Shown: positions 50,715-62,441, counted from the first letter of the stretch. The stretch: DNA of 64,000 nt from Nitrosopumilus sp. (GCA_965214775.1 OZ243974.1:1792001-1856000), one strand, 5' to 3'. Translations and numbers: made by a program. The notes: generated from the letters alone by a model not told the origin.

Positions 50715-50998
50715 CAAAAAGGAAATTGGACGATCTACGGGGTTATTTTGGATAATTCCTCCTGTTTACTTTTGGAGGGGGGGGGGGAGAAGGGATGGAT
50801 GGAGGAAGGAAGGGAGAGGGAGAGATGGAGAGGAAGGGAGGTTGACATGGCCCGGGTCTTTCTCCGACCATTCTGAAAATTTCACGTGGAGAGTAGCATA
50901 CGGTCTTGAATCCGGAATGGATTCATGTGTGGCCAAATCAGGCTTTTTTCCCACAGGAACAGCAGGTGGGCGAAAAACCCTGGGGCATCTTGTGGGGC

Positions 50999-51054
<56 letters not shown>

Positions 51055-51185
51055 CGGCACTTTGTCTGTTTTTGATGTTGGTTTTTTACTGCTGATGCCT
51101 CGTCTGAGACTCACTGATCATGCTTGCTGGGATATCTTCTCATGAATCGCTCTAATCGTTTTGATTCTCTAGTGACTGCCATGCG

Positions 51186-52535
51186 CAGTAGACGGAAATG
51201 TACCCCCTTTAAATACGTCTGACAGACGACAGCGTAAAAAAATCTACCAAAAATGTAAACAAATCTAGATCACACAGATCAACTGTAAGGCGCCCCTACC
51301 CGCTATAGTGATTGGACAAAATAGCGGGCAAAAGCACCGCATCAACATGGGCAACAGGGTGCTTAATACCTTGGCAAACATCATAGGCGGCGGGGGCGAG
51401 ATCAAGTTCTCCAAGCAGCATAACGCGCTATACGGACTGTCACAGTTTGTGATGATCCTGGCATCCATGTGCAAATCAGGCCAGACTGCAACAGAGAGCG
51501 TGATAGAGTTTGAAGACAGCGAGAACCTGCCCACTGCCAGGTGGTTTCACGGAATGGTCCGAACCGCAGGCCTTGACGGAATAAGGAGGATCTGCGATGA
51601 CCTGATGGATATTGCAATCAAGGCCGCCAAAAAGGGCGGCATTCACAGTAACGGCCCCGTCATGATTGCAATAGACAAGCACGAGATACCGCGGTATGAC
51701 AAGGACAACATGAAGTATCTGATAAGATCAAAGCCCAAAAAGGGAACAAGCAAGTTCGAGGCGTATGCGACCATGCAGGCAGTCGACTCTCCTGTCAATG
51801 CCACGCTCGGATGCATTCCGCTCACAAGGGAGGACTTTGACGCCGATTTCGTGCGTAAATTTGTGAATATTCTCAGGAAATCAAACATAATGTACCGGCT
51901 CTTTCTGCTGGACCGGGAGTTCTACTCAGTTGACATAATGACAGAGATGTATCGTGCAGGAAAAAAGTTCCTGATGCCTGCAATCAAGAATGCCACAGTA
52001 AAGAATGCAATAGAGGCGGCACACGCAGCAGGCAAGACCAAGGGGAGCTGCGTGTCTGATTTTACCATTACAAACCGCAAAGGCAAGACCGCATCATTTA
52101 ACCTGGTCATCGTGCCGTCTGCCATGCACGGGCAGGAGGGCAAGACAGTAGTGGAACAGTACGTGGCATTTGCCACCAACCTCCCGTTCTCCAACGCACT
52201 GCACGAGATCGATACTGCCTCACCGGACTACCGGAAGAGGTGGGGCATAGAGACAGGATACAGGCAGATAGAGCAGATACGGGCCAAGACCATAAGCAGG
52301 AACCAGGACATCAGGCTGCTTGTATTTTTTGTGTCTGTCTTTGTGTACAACATGTGGGCCATCGAGCGCAACAGGGACGACATATGGTGTGCGAGAAGGG
52401 ATCTTACGTTATTGCGGGTTTCATGCGCGCTTCTCATGGCTGCTAGAAGGAATCTTGCAGAATACGGGTTTGCCGGCCCGCCACTGCCGCCGTAGGGTCG
52501 AGGTGGCCTTTGGGGGGTTACATTTCCGTCTACTG
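51186..52535 (+). mobile_element. ISH3-family element
   Basis: TIR CAGTAGACGGAAATGTA / TACATTTCCGTCTACTG; 5-bp TSD ATGCG. Confidence 0.92.
51308..52495 (+). CDS. ISH3-family transposase
   Basis: IAIDKHEIPRYD, LLDREFYS, AFATN, YRKRWGIETGYR. Confidence 0.92.
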   Translation: MIGQNSGQKHRINMGNRVLNTLANIIGGGGEIKFSKQHNALYGLSQFVMILASMCKSGQTATESVIEFEDSENLPTARWFHGMVRTAGLDGIRRICDDLMDIAIKAAKKGGIHSNGPVMIAIDKHEIPRYDKDNMKYLIRSKPKKGTSKFEAYATMQAVDSPVNATLGCIPLTREDFDADFVRKFVNILRKSNIMYRLFLLDREFYSVDIMTEMYRAGKKFLMPAIKNATVKNAIEAAHAAGKTKGSCVSDFTITNRKGKTASFNLVIVPSAMHGQEGKTVVEQYVAFATNLPFSNALHEIDTASPDYRKRWGIETGYRQIEQIRAKTISRNQDIRLLVFFVSVFVYNMWAIERNRDDIWCARRDLTLLRVSCALLMAARRNLAEYGFAGPPLPP

Positions 52536-52701
52536 ATGCGTATGATCTTTTTCTTGTTGGGGCTCACCGGGGCCTTTTGGCGTCTTTTGGGCTTGCCAAC
52601 TGTGCCGTTGAATCTTACATTGCAAAATGTGTTTTGTTGGGTTGTAACTCGGGAAATGAACTTCCGTTAATGTTCTTCCCGCTCACTGATGGGGCACGAT
52701 G

Positions 52702-52829
52702 TGGGTTGTCGCCTAATTCACCAGAATTCCTGAAAACCATTGAGATGCCATATGAATCAGGCGTGTAAAAGGGAGGAAATTCAGAAAAACGTGCAGACAG
52801 TCAAATAACCGGAATTAGGCGACAATCTC
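52702..52829. mobile_element. MITE of the GGGGTTGTCGCCTAATT family
   Basis: GGGTTGTCGCCTAATT…AATTAGGCGACAATC; interior is the reverse complement of 31054-31183. Confidence 0.8.
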
Positions 52830-52921
52830 GGTAATATGGGAAAAATGGAAAATCATTGTGTCATTACACAGATGCTTTTTGTATCTACGAACCGCATATG
52901 GGGCATGACCGGGAAGAATTT

Positions 52922-53042
52922 CGGTCTTCCAAAAAGTACCGCATCAAATTATCCCGGGCTTGAAACAATTCAGATGGGGATGCCTGCAGATCCGCATGTC
53001 GCCTCCCCTGCTGCCACGAGTCGGTTACTTTTGGGAAGGCTG
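52922..53042. mobile_element. ISH3-derived MITE
   Basis: CGGTCTTCCAAAAAGTA…TACTTTTGGGAAGGCTG with the shared interior. Confidence 0.78.
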
Positions 53043-53589
53043 AATTTGGGCGCAGCCTATTTTAGCAAGTGTTCATTACGATACTTGCCCTATAAAATCA
53101 TGAACGAATCGCCAATTAGAAACAGCAGTGGGGATATTGGCTGTCCTAAATGCTTTATTTCATTGCAGAAAAAAAACCCCGTTTAAGACGCATGGAGAAT
53201 ATGTAGGTAATTTTGAATCATATGCGTCTCCCATATGCAGCTATTCTGCACTTACTGGGGATGGTTACGATGCAGCAGTGACTCAGGCAAAACAATTGGC
53301 AATAAATCAAGATATTCCAGAAATAGAACAAATTCAATTTAAGATGAACTGCTTCTAACTTGCTAGCAATGATCAGAGAAGAGAACAAACTCATGAAAGT
53401 AAGCAAGAGATTCAATCCTCAAATGATCCGGCCGACATGTTGGAATTGTTAGATCGCATGGACATGTTATACGAGGATGACCTACTAGACTTGCCAAGAA
53501 AATAAGGATCTGGAAAAATGCCAGTACGAACAAGCCCAAAGGATCTTGACGACAAATTATTCAGGATTAAAAAGATTCAATTCAATACG

Positions 53590-53676
53590 AGACATTATGT
53601 ATAATCGATCTAAATGGGATGAATCCGTTAATAATGATAATAACAATCCTGAATCTGAATCGATTACGCAGAGCCT
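53590..53676. mobile_element. Degenerate ISL2-type MITE
   Basis: AGACATTATGTATAATCGATCTAAATG…AACAATCCTG…CGATTACGCA matches 6818-6897. Confidence 0.7.
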
Positions 53677-53715
53677 GCTGGTTTTTATCTGAAAAAATGA
53701 AAAAAGATGTGGTTT

Positions 53716-54576
53716 TTAGAATCTTCTTGGAACAATGCTGAGTCTTGATCTTGCAGAGATTGCAACTATTGATATGATTGCAACTGCTAGAACCATGGCT
53801 GCGATTGCGCCAAATTCTGGGACTACAAAGGTGCCGATTATTTCAATCTCTTCAGCGCCTGCCGGGAATGCTATGGTAAGGACTCTGTCTGTTGATGATA
53901 TTGATTCATCAAAGTCTACTTCTTCTCCATCAATTAAGACAAAGAAATCGTCATCTTCACCATCCATTGTTGCATCCAATACAGATCTTGGTATTGTGAG
54001 GGTCAGTGAACCGTCATCGGTGGCATCAATAGAAACGATTAGTGAATTTGCATCCACGTCAGGCATAATGCTTAATAATTTTCCGCCTGTAATCTCATAT
54101 CCTATCAAATCACTGGAACCTTCAACTGAGACTGTCGTCTCAGTTACCTTGGAACCGCCTCCATTTCCTCCTTTCATGGATCCTTCTGGTGGTACTGTGG
54201 ATCCTCCAAAGTCAAACGAAGTGGTTGCTGAACGATTTTCGGTTCCGTACTGGACTGTAACTGTGTATGCCCCTTCAGCTCTCATTAATGCCCCTCCTGC
54301 AGTTATTTCAGTGCTGAATTTCTTGTCAGCACCTACGGTAACTTGCGCAATGGAAACCAGGTTTCCATTAGGAGCCTTGACGATAACGCTCACTGGAATT
54401 CCAGAATACAGATCCCTTACTTGGCCGGTTACTACAATTGTATCTCCTTCTGCATATGCAGCCTTGTCTGTAGTAACGACAATCGAGTTTTGTATTTGCC
54501 CAAATACTGGTGGTGCCATGCCGATACTTACAACTAAAATTACAGACAAGGCAAACACCGATAGATGAGTCTTCAT
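53716..54576 (-). CDS. PEFG-CTERM sorting-domain surface protein 4
   Basis: Signal peptide, VTTDKAAY, VVPEFG plus TM tail. Confidence 0.92.
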   Translation of the reverse strand: MKTHLSVFALSVILVVSIGMAPPVFGQIQNSIVVTTDKAAYAEGDTIVVTGQVRDLYSGIPVSVIVKAPNGNLVSIAQVTVGADKKFSTEITAGGALMRAEGAYTVTVQYGTENRSATTSFDFGGSTVPPEGSMKGGNGGGSKVTETTVSVEGSSDLIGYEITGGKLLSIMPDVDANSLIVSIDATDDGSLTLTIPRSVLDATMDGEDDDFFVLIDGEEVDFDESISSTDRVLTIAFPAGAEEIEIIGTFVVPEFGAIAAMVLAVAIISIVAISARSRLSIVPRRF

Positions 54577-54755
54577 CAATTTTACGCCTGAAATTATACT
54601 ATTTAAGGTTGTGAAAAAATATGTTGACCAAAAGAGAAAAAACACTGGTTTTGCCGAATTTCAGATTAGATATATATTAACCCGAGCGCGAGATTTTGAC
54701 AGTTTGTGTGTTTTCCTTATTGTTACATTTAATGTTCGACGTGGAGGCATTTTAA

Positions 54756-55007
54756 ATGGCAACTAAGAAGAATCAAATTTTAGTTCCGGATCACGTTTAT
54801 GTTCCAAAACATGAAATTATTTCAAAGCAAGAAGCCGAGGGCGTTTTAAAAAAATACAACTGTAAGCCGACTGAACTGCCATTAATCTTTGTAAATGATC
54901 CGGCAATCTTGGGACTTGGCGTAAAACCAGGTGATATGATAAAGATTACAAGAAAAAGCCCGACTGCCGGCCAGAGTCTCTATTACCGTTACGTGGTGGA
55001 AGTATAG
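54756..55007 (+). CDS. rpoH: RNA polymerase subunit H (Rpo5)
   Basis: HVYVPKHEI, LPLIFVNDP, RKSPTAG, YYRYV. Confidence 0.97.
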   Translation: MATKKNQILVPDHVYVPKHEIISKQEAEGVLKKYNCKPTELPLIFVNDPAILGLGVKPGDMIKITRKSPTAGQSLYYRYVVEV

Positions 55008-58000
55008 GTGGCAGACTCTTCAACCAAACGATGGCCTGTCATCCAGGATATCCTAAAACGTGAGGGCATTGCACGCCAGCATCTAAACTCATTTGATGAG
55101 TTTCTTGAAAGAGGGCTTCAAAGCATCATTAACGAGGTTAGCCAGATTGAAATTGAAAATGCAGAGTATCCCTACAAAATCCAACTCGGCAAGGTAAAAC
55201 TCCAACAGCCAAGAATGATGGAACTTGACGGCTCCATTACCCACATTACTCCGGCAGAGGCAAGGCTGAGAAACGTCTCGTACTCTGCACCGGTAATGAT
55301 GGAGGCAAGCGTTGTCGAGGATGGCAAAATTTTGGAATCAAGGTTTGTCCACATTGGGGACGTACCAGTAATGGCAAAATCCAACGCATGCATTTTGCAC
55401 AACTTTTCAACCCAGAAACTAGTCGAGCACGGGGAAGATCCAAATGATCCCGGCGGTTACTTTATCATCAACGGCTCAGAAAGAGTAATTGTCGGACTCG
55501 AAGATCTTTCATACAACAAGATAATTGTCGACAGGGAAACTGTTGGAGGAAACATTGTCTTTAAAGCCAAGGTATACTCTTCAATTGTAGGTTATCGTGC
55601 AAAACTAGAGCTTGTAATGAAAAACGACGGACTGATCGTTGCACGAATTCCGGGATCTCCTGTGGATATTCCGGTCGTTACCCTGATGAGGGCGCTGGGA
55701 CTAGAGTCTGATAGGGAGATTGCCGCAGCAGTATCGCTTGTTGACGAAATCCAGGACGAGCTGGAGGGCTCCTTTGAAAAGGCCGGGGATGTCCCGACCT
55801 CAAAAGACGCGATTGTCTACATCAGTAAAAGAATCGCACCTGGAATGCTCGAGGAATTCCAAATCAAGAGAGCTGAGACTCTGCTTGACTGGGGACTCTT
55901 GCCACACCTGGGCAAACATCCCGAAAACAGAAAGGAAAAAGCGCAGTTCCTGGGCGAGGCGGCATGCAAACTGCTGGAATTAAGGCTCGGCTGGATTTCC
56001 CCGGATGACAAGGATCACTATGGAAACAAGGTAATCAAGTTTGCCGGACAGATGCTGGCAGACCTGTTCAGAACGGCGTTTAGAAATCTTGTCAGGGACA
56101 TGAAATATCAGTTAGAGCGCTCAGGACAAAAACGTGGAATCAACGCAGTGGCAGCTGCAATCAGGCCCGGCATCATCTCTGACAAGCTGAACAATGCCAT
56201 TGCGACTGGCAACTGGGGCAGGGGGCGTGTCGGCGTTACCCAGCTGCTGGACAGGACTAACTACCTCTCCACAATCAGCCATCTTAGGAGAATCCAGTCC
56301 CCCTTGAGCAGGACCCAGCCAAACTTTGAGGCAAGGGATCTTCATGCAACCCACTTTGGCAGGATATGTCCAAGTGAGACCCCCGAAGGCTCAAACTGCG
56401 GCCTTGTTAAGAATCTCGCCCTGTCTGGAATCATCTCCGTAAACGTCCCATCCGAGGAGATTGTCGAAAAACTCTATGATCTTGGAACCGTTCACTTTTT
56501 TGATGCAAAAGAAGACCTGAAGAAAGACGGGGCAAGAGTCTTTGTTGATGGCCGCCTCACAGGCTATTTCAAGGATGGCAAACAACTGGCAGAGTCCCTG
56601 AGGGAACTGAGAAGAAACTCAAAGATTCACCCCCACGTCGGAGTATCCTTCCACAAATCGGAGATTGAGGGTTCGACAAGAAGGCTGTACGTAAATTGCA
56701 ATGCAGGACGCGTCCTGAGACCCCTCATCATTATCAAGGACAACAAACCGCTTTTGACTCAGGAATTATTGGACAAAATCTCTAAAAAACTGCTTTCATG
56801 GACTGACCTTCTGAGAATGGGTGTCTTGGAGATGATTGACGCAAACGAGGAGGAAAACTGCTATGTCACTTTGGATGACAAGGATACAAAAAAGTATACC
56901 CACCTGGAGGTCTTTCCGCCGGCAATCCTTGGCGCAGGGGCCTCGATCATTCCGTATCCGGAACACAACCAGTCTCCGAGAAACACCTACGAGTCTGCAA
57001 TGGCAAAGCAAAGCCTCGGATTCTCAACGCCCATGATGAACACCAGCACATACGTCAGGCAGCACTTTATGCTGTACCCACAGGTTCCAATCGTCAATAC
57101 AAAGGCAATGAAGCTTTTGGGCCTGGAAGACAGGCCTGCAGGACAAAACTGTATCGTGGCAGTCCTGCCGTTTGACGGCTACAACATTGAGGATGCGATC
57201 GTCTTGAGCAAGGCCTCAGTCGACAGGGGACTGGGCAGAACGTTCTTCTTTAGAATCTATGATGCTGAGGCAAAACAGTATCCCGGAGGTATGAGGGACG
57301 ACTTTGAAATCCCAAACGCCGAGGAGAACATCCGTGGCTACAAGGGGGAGCGCGCATACCGGCTCCTAGAGGAGGACGGCGTCGTTGCAGCAGAATCCCA
57401 GGTAAGGGGCGGCGACATCCTGATTGGAAAGACCAGCCCTCCGAGATTCATGGAGGAGTACAGGGAGTTTGAGTCAAGCGGCCCTTACAGAAGGGACACG
57501 TCAATCGGTGTCAGGCCATCTGAGACCGGCGTAGTTGATACCGTCGTTATGACCCAGTCCAATGAAGGCGGAAAAATGTACAAGATCAGGGCAAGAGACA
57601 TGAGAATCCCCGAAATCGGCGACAAGTTTGCATCAAGGCACGGACAAAAGGGGGTTCTTGGAATTTTAGCCAAGGCAGAAGACCTGCCATACACTGCAAG
57701 CGGAATGTCCCCTGACGTCCTGATCAACCCTCACGCGTTCCCCTCCAGGATGACTGTCGGAATGATGATGGAATCAATCTGTGGAAAGGCAGCCGCACTG
57801 CGCGGAAAAAGATTTGACGGCTCTGCGTTTGTTGGCGAGAAGATGGACGAGGTCAAGGAGGTGATGGATGCCCACGGCTTCAAATATTCCGGCAAGGAAA
57901 TAATGTATGACGGAAGGACCGGAAAGCCGTTCCCAGTCGAGGTGTTCCTTGGCGTCGTATACTATCAGAAACTGCACCACATGGTCGCAGACAAAATTCA

Positions 58001-58355
58001 TGCAAGGGCGCGCGGCCAGGTCCAGATGCTGACCAAGCAGCCTACCGAAGGCAGGGCAAGGGGCGGCGGCCTGAGGTTTGGCGAGATGGAGCGGGACTGC
58101 CTGATTGCATATGGCGCCTCGATGATCCTAAAAGACAGGCTGCTTGACGAGTCTGACAAGTCTGACATCTTTGTCTGTGAGAGGTGCGGCCTGGTCGCAT
58201 ATCACGACGTCAAGCAGAGAAAGTACGTCTGCAGGGTCTGCGGGGACAAGGCCAAGGTGTCATCCGTGTCAGTTGCATACGCATTCAAGCTGCTGCTGCA
58301 GGAAATGCAGAGCCTTAACGTCGCGCCAAGGCTGCTAATCAAGGAGAAGGTGTGA
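55008..58355 (+). CDS. rpoB: RNA polymerase subunit B (Rpo2, unsplit)
   Basis: GGYFIINGSERV, GDKFASRHGQKG, GGLRFGEMERD. Confidence 0.98.
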   Translation: MADSSTKRWPVIQDILKREGIARQHLNSFDEFLERGLQSIINEVSQIEIENAEYPYKIQLGKVKLQQPRMMELDGSITHITPAEARLRNVSYSAPVMMEASVVEDGKILESRFVHIGDVPVMAKSNACILHNFSTQKLVEHGEDPNDPGGYFIINGSERVIVGLEDLSYNKIIVDRETVGGNIVFKAKVYSSIVGYRAKLELVMKNDGLIVARIPGSPVDIPVVTLMRALGLESDREIAAAVSLVDEIQDELEGSFEKAGDVPTSKDAIVYISKRIAPGMLEEFQIKRAETLLDWGLLPHLGKHPENRKEKAQFLGEAACKLLELRLGWISPDDKDHYGNKVIKFAGQMLADLFRTAFRNLVRDMKYQLERSGQKRGINAVAAAIRPGIISDKLNNAIATGNWGRGRVGVTQLLDRTNYLSTISHLRRIQSPLSRTQPNFEARDLHATHFGRICPSETPEGSNCGLVKNLALSGIISVNVPSEEIVEKLYDLGTVHFFDAKEDLKKDGARVFVDGRLTGYFKDGKQLAESLRELRRNSKIHPHVGVSFHKSEIEGSTRRLYVNCNAGRVLRPLIIIKDNKPLLTQELLDKISKKLLSWTDLLRMGVLEMIDANEEENCYVTLDDKDTKKYTHLEVFPPAILGAGASIIPYPEHNQSPRNTYESAMAKQSLGFSTPMMNTSTYVRQHFMLYPQVPIVNTKAMKLLGLEDRPAGQNCIVAVLPFDGYNIEDAIVLSKASVDRGLGRTFFFRIYDAEAKQYPGGMRDDFEIPNAEENIRGYKGERAYRLLEEDGVVAAESQVRGGDILIGKTSPPRFMEEYREFESSGPYRRDTSIGVRPSETGVVDTVVMTQSNEGGKMYKIRARDMRIPEIGDKFASRHGQKGVLGILAKAEDLPYTASGMSPDVLINPHAFPSRMTVGMMMESICGKAAALRGKRFDGSAFVGEKMDEVKEVMDAHGFKYSGKEIMYDGRTGKPFPVEVFLGVVYYQKLHHMVADKIHARARGQVQMLTKQPTEGRARGGGLRFGEMERDCLIAYGASMILKDRLLDESDKSDIFVCERCGLVAYHDVKQRKYVCRVCGDKAKVSSVSVAYAFKLLLQEMQSLNVAPRLLIKEKV

Positions 58356-61300
58356 TGTCGATTCAGGCAATAAAGTCAATTGACGGAATCAGGTTCTCTG
58401 TTTGGTCTCCCACCGAAATCAGAAAGTACTCCGTGGCAGAGATTACCGCGCCGGAGACCTATGACGAGGACGGGATGCCGGTCCAGGGGGGCCTGATGGA
58501 CGGGCGGCTGGGCACATTGGAGCCCGGACAAAAATGTCTTACATGTGGGAATACTGCTGCAAGGTGTCCCGGTCATTTTGGACACATCGAGCTTGCCGAA
58601 CCGGTATTGCACATTGCGTTTATTGACAATATCTACAAGCTGCTGCAGTCAACGTGCCGCTCCTGTGCAAGACTGAAGGTTCCTCAAGAGGACTTGGAGG
58701 CGTTTAGAAAAATCAAAACAAAAGAGGCAGCATATACAGTAATCTCGCAAAAGCGCATCCCAGAACAAATCATTGAAAAGGCAAAAAAGGCAAAGGAATG
58801 CCCGCACTGCGGCAAGACGCAGTACGAGCTGATCTTCACAAAACCGACCATCTTTGTAGAAAAGACCGAGATCGGGGAGCACAGGCTGCTTCCAATTACA
58901 ATCAGGGAAAGATTCTCACAAATCCTGGATGAGGATTTGGAGTTGCTGTCATATGATCCCGTGACTGCCAGGCCAGAATGGTTCGTCTTGCAGGCACTGC
59001 CCGTCCCTCCGGTCACTGTGAGGCCCTCGATCATTCTTGAGACCGGAATCAGATCCGAGGATGATCTGACACACAAGATGGTCGACATCATCAGAGTCAA
59101 CCAGAGATTAAAGGAGAGCAAGGAGGCCGGAACCCCGCCCCTGATCGTCCAGGACCTGGTTGATCTGCTTCAGTATCATACCACCACATACTTTGACAAC
59201 GAGGTCTCCGGAATCCCGCAGGCCCACCACCGTTCTGGCAGGCCACTTAAGACACTGACCCAGCGACTCAAGGGCAAGGAAGGGCGTTTCAGGGGCTCGC
59301 TGTCCGGAAAGAGGGTCGACTTTTCCAGCAGGACCGTGATCTCGCCTGATCCAAACCTGGATCTATCTGAAGTCGGCGTGCCTGAGGCAGTTGCCATGAA
59401 ACTGACAATTCCCGAAATCGTTACGGAATGGAACATTGAAAGAATGAGAAAGCTCGTAATTAACGGTCCTGATAAATTCCCGGGAGTCAACTATATTGTA
59501 AGGCCTGACGGGGTCAAAATCAGGCTTGACTTTGTCGAGGACCGCTCCACCATTGCAGAGACGCTGGAAATCGGATATCTTGTGGAACGGCACCTTGCAG
59601 ACGGCGACATTGTCATGTTCAACAGGCAGCCGTCACTTCACCAGATGTCCATCATGGCCCACTATGTCAGGGTGCTGCCCGGAAAGACATTCAGGCTGCA
59701 TCCGTCAGTATGCCCCCCCTACAACGCAGACTTTGATGGCGATGAGATGAACCTGCACGTTCCCCAGAGCGAGGAGGCAAGGGCAGAGGCAATTCTTTTG
59801 ATGAGGGTGCAGGATCAACTGATCTCCCCAAGATACGGCGGCCCCATCATTGGCGCGCTCAGGGACTTTGTCACAGGCGCATACCTTCTGACCAAGGAGG
59901 GAACAACGCTGACTCCCCAGGAATTCTCCAATCTTGCAATGCTTGGGGGTTACACCGGCCCGCTTCCAAAGCCTGGAACAAAGACAAAAAACGGCCCTGC
60001 ATATACGGGCAAGCAGCTGTTCTCGCTGTTCCTTCCAAAGGACTTTAACTATGTCATTACATCAAAGTGGTCCAAGGGCACCAAGGGCGTGCAAAACGAC
60101 GTCGTAATCAAGAATGGCCAACTCATCAGCGGCGTAATTGACAAGACATCAATCGGTGCAGAGGAACCGGAAAGCGTCCTGCACAGAATCGCAAAGGACT
60201 ATGGAAATGCCGTCGGCAAGAGCTTTCTGAACTCCATCCTGATCATGGTAAAGCAGTTTATCACCCATTACGGTTTCAGTTACGGGTTTGGCGACCTTGA
60301 GGTTCCAGAGAAGGACAAGCAGCAGATCCTAGACGACATACAGGGAACCTATGATGTTATTGCCGATTTGACCGATCAATACGAAAAGGGCACCCTCAAA
60401 CTGACAAGGGGCATGAGGCCCGAGGAGGCATTGGAGGCCTACATCGTCAACGAGCTGGGCAAGGCAAGGGACAAGGCCGGCTCCACTGCCAATGATTCCC
60501 TTGACGATGAGAATGCCGGAAAAATCATGGCTACTACCGGCGCACGAGGCTCGTCGCTGAACGTGGGCCAGATGGCCGGCGCCCTGGGCCAGCAGTCCAG
60601 AAGGGGAAACAGGCTGCATGACGGCTACAACAACCGTGCCCTGCCGCACTATGCAGAACATGACAACAACCCTGACGCGCACGGGTTTGTAAAGTCCAAC
60701 TATCGCGAGGGGCTCTCTGCACTGGAGTTCTTCTTTCATGCGATGGGCGGACGCGAGGGCCTTGTAGACACTGCAGTCAGAACGCAGCAAAGCGGCTATA
60801 TGCAGCGCAGGCTGATCAACGCCCTGGAGCACATCAGGCTGGAGTATGATGGAACCGTCAGGGATCCGCACGGCCACATCGTACAGTTCCTTTATGGGGA
60901 GGACGGAATCGACGTATCCAAGAGTGATCATGGGGAGGCATTTAACATCAACAGGCTGATCGAATCGCAGACAATCGTCGACTCTGGCAGGAAAGCCAGA
61001 AGAGAGGAGGTTGAAACCCTGACTAAAAAATACACAAAAACCTTCAATCCGAGACTCAAGACGCTTGTCAGTGAGGCATTGCAAGGATCTGGATTGAGCA
61101 GGGACGGCGTTGAGGCAGTATGCAGGAAGGGGCTGTCGCTATTTGACAAATCCAAAGTAGAACCGGGCCAGGCAGTCGGAATCATCACGGCCCAGTCAAT
61201 CGGCGAGCCGGGCACCCAGATGACCCTGAGGACGTTCCACTTTGCAGGAATCAAGGAAAGAAACGTCACCCTGGGCCTTCCAAGGCTGATTGAGCTTGTG

Positions 61301-62146
61301 GATGCCAGAAAAAAGCCCGTTACGCCCACGATGGACATCTATCTTGACGAGGAATCAAAAAAGTCGAGGGAAAAATCAATCGAGGTTGCACGAAACGTGT
61401 TGCAGACCAAGATCAGCGCGTTGATTGCCGACAGCGAGACTGACTATTCGACTGAGATCAGGCTGATCCTCAGCGAGAAGAGACTCGGGGAAAGGGGCTG
61501 CACCATTGCCGATGTGGAGGCCGCGCTGTCCTCGAATAAAAAATTCAAGATGGAGACGACCGGCGAGCTGATTACCCTGAGGCTGGTTGAGGAATCTGAC
61601 GCCCCGACAGTCATTGCAATCAGAAACAAGGTTCTAAATGCTACTGTAAAGGGCGTTCCGGATATTGAGCGCGTCACGCTGGTCCAAAAGGATGACGAGT
61701 GGGTCATCCAGACGACCGGCTCAAACATTGCCAAGGTCCTTGAAGTAAAGGGCATTGACAAGACAAACGTCAGGACAAACAACGTCTTTGAGATTGCGGG
61801 AACACTTGGAATCGAGGCGGCGCGCAATGCCCTGATCAACGAGCTAAACGGCACCCTGGAAGACCAGGGACTGGAGGTTGACAACAGGTACATCATGCTG
61901 GTCTCCGACCTGATGTGCTCAAGGGGATACATGCAGCAGATTGGCAGGCACGGGATTGCCGGCACCAAGGACAGCGTGCTTGCAAGGGCCGCATTTGAGA
62001 TTACCGTTCCTACCATTGCCCATGCCGCACTTGGCGGGGAAGTCGAGCAGCTGAAGGGAATCACAGAAAACGTAATTGTCGGCAGCAACATTCCGATTGG
62101 AAGCGGCACCGTTGATCTGTACATGCAGGTCTCAAAAAAGAAGTGA
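58355..62146 (+). CDS. rpoA: RNA polymerase subunit A (Rpo1, A'/A'' fused)
   Basis: YNADFDGDEMN catalytic motif and EPGTQMTLRTFH in a single frame. Confidence 0.98.
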   Translation: MSIQAIKSIDGIRFSVWSPTEIRKYSVAEITAPETYDEDGMPVQGGLMDGRLGTLEPGQKCLTCGNTAARCPGHFGHIELAEPVLHIAFIDNIYKLLQSTCRSCARLKVPQEDLEAFRKIKTKEAAYTVISQKRIPEQIIEKAKKAKECPHCGKTQYELIFTKPTIFVEKTEIGEHRLLPITIRERFSQILDEDLELLSYDPVTARPEWFVLQALPVPPVTVRPSIILETGIRSEDDLTHKMVDIIRVNQRLKESKEAGTPPLIVQDLVDLLQYHTTTYFDNEVSGIPQAHHRSGRPLKTLTQRLKGKEGRFRGSLSGKRVDFSSRTVISPDPNLDLSEVGVPEAVAMKLTIPEIVTEWNIERMRKLVINGPDKFPGVNYIVRPDGVKIRLDFVEDRSTIAETLEIGYLVERHLADGDIVMFNRQPSLHQMSIMAHYVRVLPGKTFRLHPSVCPPYNADFDGDEMNLHVPQSEEARAEAILLMRVQDQLISPRYGGPIIGALRDFVTGAYLLTKEGTTLTPQEFSNLAMLGGYTGPLPKPGTKTKNGPAYTGKQLFSLFLPKDFNYVITSKWSKGTKGVQNDVVIKNGQLISGVIDKTSIGAEEPESVLHRIAKDYGNAVGKSFLNSILIMVKQFITHYGFSYGFGDLEVPEKDKQQILDDIQGTYDVIADLTDQYEKGTLKLTRGMRPEEALEAYIVNELGKARDKAGSTANDSLDDENAGKIMATTGARGSSLNVGQMAGALGQQSRRGNRLHDGYNNRALPHYAEHDNNPDAHGFVKSNYREGLSALEFFFHAMGGREGLVDTAVRTQQSGYMQRRLINALEHIRLEYDGTVRDPHGHIVQFLYGEDGIDVSKSDHGEAFNINRLIESQTIVDSGRKARREEVETLTKKYTKTFNPRLKTLVSEALQGSGLSRDGVEAVCRKGLSLFDKSKVEPGQAVGIITAQSIGEPGTQMTLRTFHFAGIKERNVTLGLPRLIELVDARKKPVTPTMDIYLDEESKKSREKSIEVARNVLQTKISALIADSETDYSTEIRLILSEKRLGERGCTIADVEAALSSNKKFKMETTGELITLRLVEESDAPTVIAIRNKVLNATVKGVPDIERVTLVQKDDEWVIQTTGSNIAKVLEVKGIDKTNVRTNNVFEIAGTLGIEAARNALINELNGTLEDQGLEVDNRYIMLVSDLMCSRGYMQQIGRHGIAGTKDSVLARAAFEITVPTIAHAALGGEVEQLKGITENVIVGSNIPIGSGTVDLYMQVSKKK

Positions 62147-62242
62147 CTTTTTTTTCGGCCAGGCGAGGTGGTGCGGGCCAAAAGAGCCGCCGTTGGGCAT
62201 TCTCAAGGCGCGTTTTTGGCATGCAGCAGTGTGTCTGAGGCC

Positions 62243-62363
62243 GCCCCGCCTAGTTACGCTTGCCTGGCTCAATCTGCGCGTTTTTCTGAATTTCCGCCCT
62301 TTTGTATGCCGTCTGCGTGGCATCCCAGATTTTCAGGAATTCTGGCAAATTAGGCGACAATCC
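62243..62363. mobile_element. Degenerate MITE of the GGGGTTGTCGCCTAATT family
   Basis: Right end AATTAGGCGACAATCC; interior CTCAATC-GC-CGT-TTTCTGAAT matches 31054-31183. Confidence 0.7.
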
Positions 62364-62441
62364 AGTACGTCTGCTAAAGCGGATTATGATGCTGTAATAT
62401 CGTGCCTGTTTTGACACGCGGATGCTCGGTTTTTAGCCGTA

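Noticed and set aside
53128-53590. Possible gene between MITEs
   Set aside because: Stops in all frames and no identifiable family; at most an unassignable pseudogene.
58355-62146. Fused rpoA (A'+A'') as a novelty
   Set aside because: Established trait of Thaumarchaeota; no intein seen.
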